This document shows, in pieces, positions 18,855-27,400 of a DNA stretch of 64,000 bases. Within the stretch, counting starts at the first letter, position 1; each line of letters opens with the position of its first letter. The notes below the pieces were generated by a model, which did no database searches, was not told the DNA's origin, and was given only the letters and a program-made list of their open reading frames with translations. A program made the position numbers and the translations under genes. Origin of the DNA: Cytophagaceae bacterium (GTDB lineage: Bacteria; Bacteroidota; Bacteroidia; Cytophagales; JAIYAX01); the NCBI GenBank assembly GCA_027488815.1, contig JAIYAX010000012.1, forward strand, positions 531,379-595,378, read 5' to 3'.

Positions 18855-19902
18855 ATTCTTGTGTCTGAAGTCTTTTAAAACGGCCTTTGCTGAAAATCCG
18901 AATGCCGGAGTCATAATGTTTACGCTGCTCAGCCCGCTGCTCCTCAGGCAGGTGAATGACTTCCACACAGGCTTCACTGCAACAGCCCTCCATTCGTTTA
19001 GCGCATTCCTCACATTGAATGAACAAGAGGTTACAGGCTTGATTGGTACAGTTCACATGGGTGTCGCACAAGGCTCCGCATTGGTGGCAGTGGGCAATGA
19101 CCTCATCTGAAATCCGTTCTCCAAGCCGTTCATCAAACACAAAGTTTTTGCCTATGAACTTGTTTTTTAAACCCTTGGCTTTGGCATCCTGAGCATATTT
19201 GATGATCCCGCCCTCTAATTGGTAAACCTGTTTGAAATCATGGTGTTTGAGGAATGCACTTGCTTTTTCGCAACGAATGCCTCCGGTGCAATACATCACG
19301 ATTGGCTTTTCTTTTTTGTCTTCCAGTTGTTTCAGCACCAGCGGCAGTGCTTCACGGAATGTGTCTACATCAGGGCACCAGGCCTTTTCAAAATGACCGA
19401 CTTCACTTTCGTAGTGATTGCGCATGTCAATTACAATGGCTTGCGGATCGTCAGTAACCCGATTAAACTCCTCTACATTCAAATGGGTGCCGATATTGGT
19501 CACATCAAAGCTTGCATCGTTCAGCCCGTCAGCAACGATCTTTTTTCTCACTTTCACCTTCAGTTTGAAAAAGGATTTTCCATCATCTTCCACAGCAATG
19601 TTGAGTCGGATGTTTTGAAGAAAAGTAATGGTCTCCAGATCTGATTTAAATGCCTCCCAGTGTTCCTCAGGTACGCTTAACTGAGCGTTGATACCTTCAA
19701 AAGAGACATAAATTCTCCCCAATACTCCCCTTCGGTTCCACATGATAAACAGGTGATCCCTAAGTACTTGTGGGTTTCCAATGTGGTGGTACTTGTAAAA
19801 TGATAATGTGATGCGAGGTTCAGGGCTTGCCAGCAGGCGGGCTTTGAGTTCCTCACCGTTCACTTTGTTGTGCAATACTTTTTCGATCGCTTCTTTCTTC
19901 AT
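18853..19902 (-). CDS. trhO: Rhodanese-related sulfurtransferase, tRNA uridine(34) hydroxylase family (TrhO/YceA, UPF0176)
   Basis: It has the UPF0176 N-terminal fold (LSFYKYHHI..P), the rhodanese active-site loop YCTGGIRCEKA and a Cys-rich C-terminal tail. The Met at 19902 (MKKEAIEKVLHNKV) is preferred over the longer ORF that runs to 19956. Confidence 0.8.
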   Translation of the reverse strand: MKKEAIEKVLHNKVNGEELKARLLASPEPRITLSFYKYHHIGNPQVLRDHLFIMWNRRGVLGRIYVSFEGINAQLSVPEEHWEAFKSDLETITFLQNIRLNIAVEDDGKSFFKLKVKVRKKIVADGLNDASFDVTNIGTHLNVEEFNRVTDDPQAIVIDMRNHYESEVGHFEKAWCPDVDTFREALPLVLKQLEDKKEKPIVMYCTGGIRCEKASAFLKHHDFKQVYQLEGGIIKYAQDAKAKGLKNKFIGKNFVFDERLGERISDEVIAHCHQCGALCDTHVNCTNQACNLLFIQCEECAKRMEGCCSEACVEVIHLPEEQRAEQRKHYDSGIRIFSKGRFKRLQTQE

Positions 19903-20920
19903 GCTTTGACTCAAAAAAATCTTCGGCCTTGAGGTCCAGCCACTCAAGGGTGGCATTTACAAAAATATCTTCTTTCACGTTTGAGGGCAGATCCATCTCC
20001 TCAATAAATTTCCCGATGTCCAGATCGCCGAGTGGGAATGGGTAGTCAGAGCCCAGGCATACCCTTTTTGAGCCCTGTAGCTTCAACACATATTCCAACA
20101 GCAATGGGTCATGGGTGATGCTGTCAACCCAAAATTTACCGAGGTAGCTTCTGGGATGCACAGGATTGTCAACAGCAACCAGGTCGGGGCGACACTCATA
20201 GCCATGTGCAATTCGGCCTATAGTTGGTAAAAAGGAACCTCCTGCATGACTGAAACAAACCCTAAGTCGTGGGTATTTTTCAAACACTCCGGAGAAAATC
20301 ATGGAACAGGCCGCACGGGAGGTCTCTGCAGGCATCCCCACCAGCCAGGGTAACCAGTATTTTTCCATATCCCCTTTGCCCATCATGTTCCATGGGTGAA
20401 CCATAATGGCCAGGCCAAGGGACTCACAAGCCTCATAGATGGGCATAAACTCAGGCTCGCTCAGGTTTTTGTTATTGATATTGGAACCGATCTGTATACC
20501 GGGTAATCCTAGTTTTTTGCAACGCTCCAATTCCTGAATAGCCAGGTCAGTGTCTTGCATAGGTACGGTGGCCAGTCCGATGTAATGCCTGGGGTAGAGG
20601 CTACAGATTTCAGCCAGGTGGTCATTCAGGAACATGGAGATATCCAGACCGTCAGCCGGCTTGGCCCAGTAACTGAACAGCACAGGTATCGTGCAAACAA
20701 CTTGTACCTGAGTGCCATGGGTGTCGTATTCACGAATACGGAGGCCAGGCTCCCAGCAGTTGGAGGCGATCTCACGGAAAAACTTTTCGCCCTGCATCAT
20801 GCGGGCAAAGCCGGGTTTATGATGTACCAGATGAATGAATCCATCATAGCCAAACTTGTCTGCCCAGTCGGGTAGGCGCTCAGGCATGATGTGGCTATGC
20901 ATATCTATTTTAGGATGCAT
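19853..20920 (-). CDS. Amidohydrolase-2 family protein (ACMSD-like decarboxylase/hydrolase)
   Basis: It has the N-terminal metal motif IDMHSHIMPE plus a later HPW and a C-terminal GSDYPFP motif, all typical of the ACMSD/amidohydrolase_2 family. Confidence 0.75.
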   Translation of the reverse strand: MHPKIDMHSHIMPERLPDWADKFGYDGFIHLVHHKPGFARMMQGEKFFREIASNCWEPGLRIREYDTHGTQVQVVCTIPVLFSYWAKPADGLDISMFLNDHLAEICSLYPRHYIGLATVPMQDTDLAIQELERCKKLGLPGIQIGSNINNKNLSEPEFMPIYEACESLGLAIMVHPWNMMGKGDMEKYWLPWLVGMPAETSRAACSMIFSGVFEKYPRLRVCFSHAGGSFLPTIGRIAHGYECRPDLVAVDNPVHPRSYLGKFWVDSITHDPLLLEYVLKLQGSKRVCLGSDYPFPLGDLDIGKFIEEMDLPSNVKEDIFVNATLEWLDLKAEDFFESKHEERSDRKSIAQQSER

Positions 20921-21161
20921 GAGCAGAACGGGCAGGGTTTTTAGGTACAGGATCGAAGCCGCTGCCTCCCCAGGGGTGGCAGGATGAAATTCTCTTCAAG
21001 CCAAGCAGGAGGCCTTTCCAGGCTCCCCACTCTGCAACAGCCTCAGTCATGTAGGCAGAGCAGGAAGGTGCATATCGGCAGTTGGTGCCCAGCAATGGGG
21101 AAATGCCCCATTGGTAAACACGCACCAGACCCAGAATGATTGCTGAGAAAAAGGAATTCAT
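20910..21161 (-). CDS. yidD: Membrane protein insertion efficiency factor YidD
   Basis: The sequence YQWGISPLLGTNCRYAPSCSAYMTEAV...GLKRISSCHPWGGSGFDPVP is the YidD signature. Confidence 0.9.
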   Translation of the reverse strand: MNSFFSAIILGLVRVYQWGISPLLGTNCRYAPSCSAYMTEAVAEWGAWKGLLLGLKRISSCHPWGGSGFDPVPKNPARSAHAS

Positions 21162-21304
21162 CGGTACAAAGGTAATAAAATGAAAGAGGGGATGGGCTAT
21201 TCAGCGTTAGGAGCATGTAAAGAGTGTTATCAAATTGTTATTTATGTTTGTTTGGTAACAATTAGTTTTAAATATTTTGAATATTTACTAACAAATTAAA
21301 CGGA

Positions 21305-23782
21305 TTGGTTATGTTACCAAATAGAAAGCCCTCAATAGTACTAATAGTACCCTGTTTGTTTTTCCTGTTTTTTATCCAAGGGTCATCATTCGCTCAGCAA
21401 GTCACCATTGAGAGCGGATGGTGGTCACCGAATTATGAAGTTAACAGCATAGAAGAGACTTCAGATAAAGTATTACTCGGCGGGTCATTTAACCAAGTAG
21501 GTGTAAATGGGAAAGGACTAATTCGATATCAATACCCCGATTCGGTTCCAAGATTTGACAATTGGTATACCAACGGAGTCGTGAGAACCATTATCTCAGA
21601 CGGAAACGGTGGAATTTATATTGGAGGTAGTTTCACTAAGGTAGGTTTATCAAGCCGGAACCGAATCGCAAGGATCAAGGCAGATGGCTCTTTGCACACA
21701 TGGAGTGCATCTTTTGACAGTGTTGTCAATGTTTTAAAAATAGTTAATGGACAGCTTTATGTGGGTGGGTATTTCAATCAAGCAAATGGTCATACAAGGA
21801 ATTATCTAGCGGCGTTGGATACTGGAAGTGGAAATCTGCTGCCTTTCAATCCTGACCCAAACTGGTTAGTTCATGATTTCGAAATCTGGAACAATCAACT
21901 TATTGTAGCAGGTGGATTTACCGAAATAGGCGGGCAAACACGAAATCGGCTTGCTGCATTTAATTTGAGTAACGGAACGCTAACACCTTTAAGTCAAAGT
22001 ATAAACAATGAGGTACTTACGATAAAAGTCGATGGTAATAAATTATTTATAGGTGGAATGTTCAATAGCATAGGTACGAGTAGTAGAAACCGTATGGCTG
22101 CTATTAATTTGACCAATAATCAACTAGAAAATTTGCAAATAAATTGCAATGATTTTGTTTATGACATTGAAACTAATGGAAGTAGAATTTTTATTGGAGG
22201 TAGTTTTGATACTGTAAATAATCAAAGACATCCAGCATTTGTAGTAATTGATAAAAACAGCTCGCAAATTATTAGTCAAGATATATATACCTTTAATTCT
22301 ATCACTTCAATAAGCAAAAAGTCGAATTCTTTAATTATTTCCGGAGATATAACTAAAGTAACTTATGATAGTATTACAAATTTCAATATTTACAGAAAAG
22401 TAATAGCTTCGGAAGTAGACCCATCCACATTGCAGGAACTGAATTGGAACTCCGGATTAATAACGAATATATATGTTCCTTTTCAAACTGTTTCCAGCTA
22501 TATTGATGCAAATGGTTACTGTTATTTTGGAGGAGACTTTAAACTTTCAGGTAGTCAGTACATGACTAATTTTTCTTCAGTAAAATATTTTTCGAAAAAA
22601 ATAACAGGATTTTACTCAAGTTTTTCTTCACCTACATTTGTAGATAAGTTTGCGTTTATTTATAATAATGAAGTTTATATGTTTGATGATTACTTTTCTC
22701 ATTCCTTAAGGGTCTTCGATATCAATACTGGTATTCCTATTTATCCTTCTAGGTTTGGTTATGGAGAATATTACTCCGGAACTTTAATCGGAACAAGCCT
22801 ATTTGTGGGTGGATCATTTATCTCGATCTCTTCATTGCCTAGAAATCGATTAGCCGCTTTAGACACAGCAACTGGTGCCCCTACCAATTGGGGACCTAAT
22901 GTAAATGGAATTGTAACTGTGGTTAAGCCATATAATTCAAGTCTGATTTTTGGGGGTAGTTTTAGTAGCGTTAATAATCAATCAAGATCAAATCTAGCTA
23001 TGGTAAACACGCTTTCAGGAAGCTTAGGGACCCTTAATGTTGGTGTAAATGGAACTGTGAAAGATTTATTGGTTGTTGACACTATTTTGTATGTAGTAGG
23101 TAATTTTTCTCAGGTGGGAGGGCAACCTCGGCAACATTTTGCAGCCATTAATCTAGTGAACCAATCTTTACTCCCTTTGTCTTTTTCATTTACAAACTCT
23201 ACTAGTAGTAGTAATGCTATAAGATTGAACTCAATTGCTGTAAGGAATAACTACCTATTCCTTGGAGGAAAATTTGACTCACTTAATGGTGTCTTTTGCA
23301 GGGGAATTGGTGTCTTTGACCTAAGTAACCAACAACTAGTTAATGTAGGGTTACAATTAGATTTACATTATCCGCCTTTGCCTTATAACAACTCACCCCA
23401 AGTGAATGATCTGATGATAAAGGGAGATAAACTCTTCATCGGCGGCAATTTCGAATTCATCGGAGACCAATACAGACCTAATTTTGCAGTGGTAAGTATG
23501 CCTTCTATTTTAGGGATTGACGAAATTGAAAATGAAGCCATGACAACCATTCGTACGGTAGACATTTATCCAAATCCGGCTAATGATCAGCTATTTATCA
23601 GTATTCCTGCGGCTGGTTTATGGCAGACTGAAATCATAAGTCTGAATGGACAGGTAGTTGATAAGCTTCTCCTAAGTCAGGGTACCCACAGTTTGCCATT
23701 GAATCTTGATCAAGGTCTTTATCTGATCAGGTTCACCGATGGCAAGTCTACCGAAACCCGCAAATTGATGATCAACAAATAG
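21305..23782 (+). CDS. Secreted multi-blade beta-propeller repeat protein (delta-60/DUF5122-like repeats) with T9SS C-terminal sorting domain
   Basis: It has a signal peptide and about 13-14 repeats of ~50 aa built on (I/F)GG.F..(V/I)G...RN.(L/I)AA(I/L) (e.g. GGSFTKVGLSSRNRIARI, GGFTEIGGQTRNRLAAF, GGMFNSIGTSSRNRMAAI). The C-terminal VDIYPNPANDQLFISIP...GLYLIRFTDGKSTETRKLMINK is a T9SS CTD. Confidence 0.8.
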   Translation: MVMLPNRKPSIVLIVPCLFFLFFIQGSSFAQQVTIESGWWSPNYEVNSIEETSDKVLLGGSFNQVGVNGKGLIRYQYPDSVPRFDNWYTNGVVRTIISDGNGGIYIGGSFTKVGLSSRNRIARIKADGSLHTWSASFDSVVNVLKIVNGQLYVGGYFNQANGHTRNYLAALDTGSGNLLPFNPDPNWLVHDFEIWNNQLIVAGGFTEIGGQTRNRLAAFNLSNGTLTPLSQSINNEVLTIKVDGNKLFIGGMFNSIGTSSRNRMAAINLTNNQLENLQINCNDFVYDIETNGSRIFIGGSFDTVNNQRHPAFVVIDKNSSQIISQDIYTFNSITSISKKSNSLIISGDITKVTYDSITNFNIYRKVIASEVDPSTLQELNWNSGLITNIYVPFQTVSSYIDANGYCYFGGDFKLSGSQYMTNFSSVKYFSKKITGFYSSFSSPTFVDKFAFIYNNEVYMFDDYFSHSLRVFDINTGIPIYPSRFGYGEYYSGTLIGTSLFVGGSFISISSLPRNRLAALDTATGAPTNWGPNVNGIVTVVKPYNSSLIFGGSFSSVNNQSRSNLAMVNTLSGSLGTLNVGVNGTVKDLLVVDTILYVVGNFSQVGGQPRQHFAAINLVNQSLLPLSFSFTNSTSSSNAIRLNSIAVRNNYLFLGGKFDSLNGVFCRGIGVFDLSNQQLVNVGLQLDLHYPPLPYNNSPQVNDLMIKGDKLFIGGNFEFIGDQYRPNFAVVSMPSILGIDEIENEAMTTIRTVDIYPNPANDQLFISIPAAGLWQTEIISLNGQVVDKLLLSQGTHSLPLNLDQGLYLIRFTDGKSTETRKLMINK

Positions 23783-24286
23783 TCAATAGGTCTTATTGAG
23801 GAGTGGTTTGGGGATAGGACTTTCCTTGCTTTCAGACTCCCAAAGGATGCTCATAATAAGCCATTGGTTTTGATCTTTGACCAGCATAAGGGCGTTTACC
23901 CCTCGCTGCCTGAGTTCTCCTGAGTGCCATTCATAGCTGCTGAGTATTTGCCATAGCTTTCCGAACTGCTGTGTCTGCCGCCCCAGCTCTTTTTCATAAA
24001 ACTCCATTTTTTCAAACCTGGGCCCGTTTCTTTGAATGTATTCCTGCGGGCTGAAGAGAACCAACTGTTCAGGTTGGCCATTTTGGCCCGGGCTATAGGC
24101 TCCCATTTGCGCTTTGGGATGAAATAGCTTCCTGAAGCGCTCCCAGTCCCTTGGCCCGGCAGGTCCGGAAATAACTTCATACAAATCTTTGATCAGGGTG
24201 TCACAACCCATAGGCAATGTCGGCGTACTAGTTTGTGCCCAGGCACTACCGTTCATCAGAATTAAAAGCCAGAGAATTTTTTTCAT
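23783..24286 (-). CDS. Small secreted protein, possibly NTF2/SnoaL-like fold
   Basis: It has a signal peptide (MKKILWLLILMNGSAWAQ). Its size and the C-terminal RGVNALMLVKDQNQWLIMSILWE strand pattern are suggestive of an NTF2-like fold. No catalytic motif was recognised. Confidence 0.4.
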   Translation of the reverse strand: MKKILWLLILMNGSAWAQTSTPTLPMGCDTLIKDLYEVISGPAGPRDWERFRKLFHPKAQMGAYSPGQNGQPEQLVLFSPQEYIQRNGPRFEKMEFYEKELGRQTQQFGKLWQILSSYEWHSGELRQRGVNALMLVKDQNQWLIMSILWESESKESPIPKPLLNKTY

Positions 24287-24427
24287 AGGGCCAATTTGCC
24301 AGATGCAGTTGACTGAATGGCAAGTATTTATACCAATGGAAAAAAAGAAACCTGATCGGCTGAATATCGGGTCATCGGAATTATCTTGCTGACACAGAAC
24401 TGATATGCTTTTTTTAATTTCTTTTTG

Positions 24428-27400
24428 ATGGGTATGAACTCTATACGAACTTTAAACCTACTCCACTCCCTTCTATTGACCAGCGTTTTGGTCTTTTCCT
24501 GCAAGGACAGCAATAAACCTGCAGTCTCTCCACAAGATCCTTATTTCCAGCAGTTTATTTCAGGATATTCAGCCGGAGTGCTCAGCTCCAAGGCAGGAGT
24601 GAGTATCTTGTTTTCACAAATTCCTGCATGGGCTGACCTTTCGTTAGATGAATTGGTCAGTCTGGAGCCGGGAGTTAAGGTAAAGGTCAGCCGACCGGAT
24701 GAGCGCCAACTGCTGATTGAACCGCTGGAACAATGGAAACCCGGGCAAGAATACCTACTCACTTTGGCACTTGACAAGCTTTTTAAAGTGGAAGAGGCCG
24801 GCTTCAAGAAGTTTCAGTTCACTTTTCAGACCATCAAACAACAACTCGAATTACAGCGTAGCGGACTAATGCTCCTGGCTGATGGCTCCGGCTATGAACT
24901 TCGTGGTAGTTTGTTTTTTGCAGATCAGGTTTCGAAAGCTGTGCTCGATCAATTGCTTCAGGCGAAACTAGAAGATCAGGCAATTCCCATCAAATTTTCA
25001 GGCGTACTGGCACAGGAGAAGCAGTTTGTTATTGGACCTATCTCTGTTTCTTCGGAGGCAACAACTCTGGAACTGAACTACTCAGGTGAGGCCATTGAAG
25101 CAGAGCAAAAAGGAAGAATAGAGGTCAGGATCCCTGCAAACACTGAGTTTATCGTTCTGGAGCATCAGGTCATACAATATCCAAACCAAGCCATAGAGGT
25201 TTACTTTTCCAAAGCAATTGATCCTAAACAGGCCCTGGATGGTTTAGTCACACTGGAAGGAGTACCCGGGTGCAAAATGGAATTGAATGCCAATAAGATA
25301 TCCATTTTCCCTCCGGTAAGGCAATCGGGAACCTATAATCTGCTCATACATCCTAATTTGAAAAACAATGAGGGAAGCAACCTGAAAGTTGCTTACCAAT
25401 ATCCTGTCGTTTTTGAATCACTTAAGCCAGCCTTGAGAGCGGTGGGAGAAGGGGTAATTCTGCCTTCTACTTCTAATTGGGTGGTTCCATTTGAGGCGAT
25501 CAGTCTGCGATCCGTACAACTCACGGTGCTTAAGGTGTATGAAAGCAATATGGGTTTCTTCCTTCAAGCCAATGAACTTGATGGCAAAAGCGAGTTCAGA
25601 AGAGTGGGTCGGCCAATCATTCGCAAAACAATTCCCCTTGCCAGCCTGGGTGCCTATGAGTCAGGGAAATGGACCCGATTTTCATTAGACATGAACAAGC
25701 TTGTAAGTCAGGAAAAAGGAGCATTGTATCAGGTAGTGCTAAGCTTTGATAAGAACGATATCCTTTATTCCTGTGGGGAAAGCAAGGCAGCATCTTCAAG
25801 CGAAACAATAGCACAGGAGCCATTTGATGCCGACGCTTATGATGTTGCTTATGATAGCCCTTATGGCTACGACGAAGGGTACATGGATTATTACAATGAC
25901 CCGGAGTATGATTGGCAGCAGCGTGAAAACCCCTGTAATCCTGCCTACTACGATTGGGACCGCCTACTTATCAGAAACCTGCTGGTAAGTAATATCGGAC
26001 TTATTGCAAAGAGAGGTACAGGAAATGAACTCCATGTTTATGCAACCGAGCTAAGTTCGGCACGGCCTTTAGCGGGAGTGGAAATAAAACTCCTGGATTT
26101 TCAGCTTCAGCTTTTGGCTCAGGGGAAGACTGATTCGGAGGGAAGTGTAAAACTGTTGGGCAAACGGAGGCCTTTTCTGGTGCTGGCAACTAAAGACAAA
26201 GAGAAGGCCTTTCTGAAAGTAGAAGAGGCCTCGGCTCTATCCATCAGCACCTTTGATGTAGGAGGGGTTTCTGTCCAGAAGGCAATGAAGGGATTTTTGT
26301 ATGGAGAACGTGGTGTCTGGCGACCTGGGGACACTGTTTTCGTCTCATTCATGCTGCAATCACTCGGCAACCCACTACCCGACCAACATCCTGTTAAAAT
26401 AGAATGGAGGGACCCCTCCGGCATCAAAAAGTATGAGAATACCACTTTGGCCAGCGTGGGTGGTCTTTATCATTTTCCTATTCCAACTCAGACCACTGAT
26501 GCTACAGGTTTCTATCAGGCAAGGGTAAAAGTAGGAGGAGCAGTATTTGAGAAACGATTTCAGATCGAGTCGATAAAACCTAACCGCATCCATATCGAGT
26601 TTGAACCCGGTGAAATATGGCAACTCAGCAAGGGGCCACTTCAAATCCCTTTAAAGGCCAGATGGTACAACGGGGGTCCTGCAGCCGGTTTCAAAGCAAG
26701 CTATGAGCTTAACCTCACACCTTCCAAAACAACTTTTAAAGGGTATGATAATTATGAATTTGATCCCTTGGGCATACAGCCATCGCCACAGTCAACGACT
26801 GTTTTTGAAGGATTTCTGGATACCAAAGGTGAGGCAAAAGTCATCGTAAGCCTCCCAGCTGAAAACCATCCCTTCCCTACGTACAAGGCATTGTTTACCG
26901 GAAAAGTATTTGAGCCCGGAGGAGATTTCAGCATCGATGCAGTTTCCTTGCCATGCCGTAGGTATAGCAGGTTTGCTGGTATACTCAAGCCTGAAGCCAA
27001 AGGCTGGGCCGGTATGCTTGAGGCTGGGAAAAGCCATACCGTTCAACTGGCTCATGTCAATGCAGATGGTAGTCCTGCGCAAGGCAAACTCATCGTAAAT
27101 GTGCACAAACTGGATTGGAGATGGTGGTGGGAAGACTACGGTGAAAACATTCAGTACGAACAGTTAAACTATCAAAGAGCCTTGCTCGAAGAGGAGGTGA
27201 GTACCTCTGGGGGGAAGGGCAGTTTCCGGCTGAGTACAAAACAGAGCGACTGGGGACGATATCTTGTTCAGGTTAAAGACCCCGTTTCCGGGCACTTTTC
27301 CTCCCTTATCCTGTATTTCGACTGGCCTGAAGGTCGTGTTAACGATGGGTCAGCCCGATCAGGTGCGGAGTATCTTTCTCTGCTATCCGATCGACAACTT

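Noticed and set aside
24160-24170. An 11-mer caggtccggaa resembling the conserved SRP RNA domain IV sequence
   Set aside because: It lies inside a good protein-coding ORF (23783..24286) and lacks the flanking helices needed for an SRP RNA, so it is a coincidental match.
18820-24400. A possible genomic island integrated at the tmRNA 3' end
   Set aside because: There is no integrase or recombinase, and I saw no repeat of the ssrA 3' end by eye. The intervening genes (trhO, amidohydrolase, yidD) are core-type. Only the propeller gene is compositionally odd, and I report that separately.
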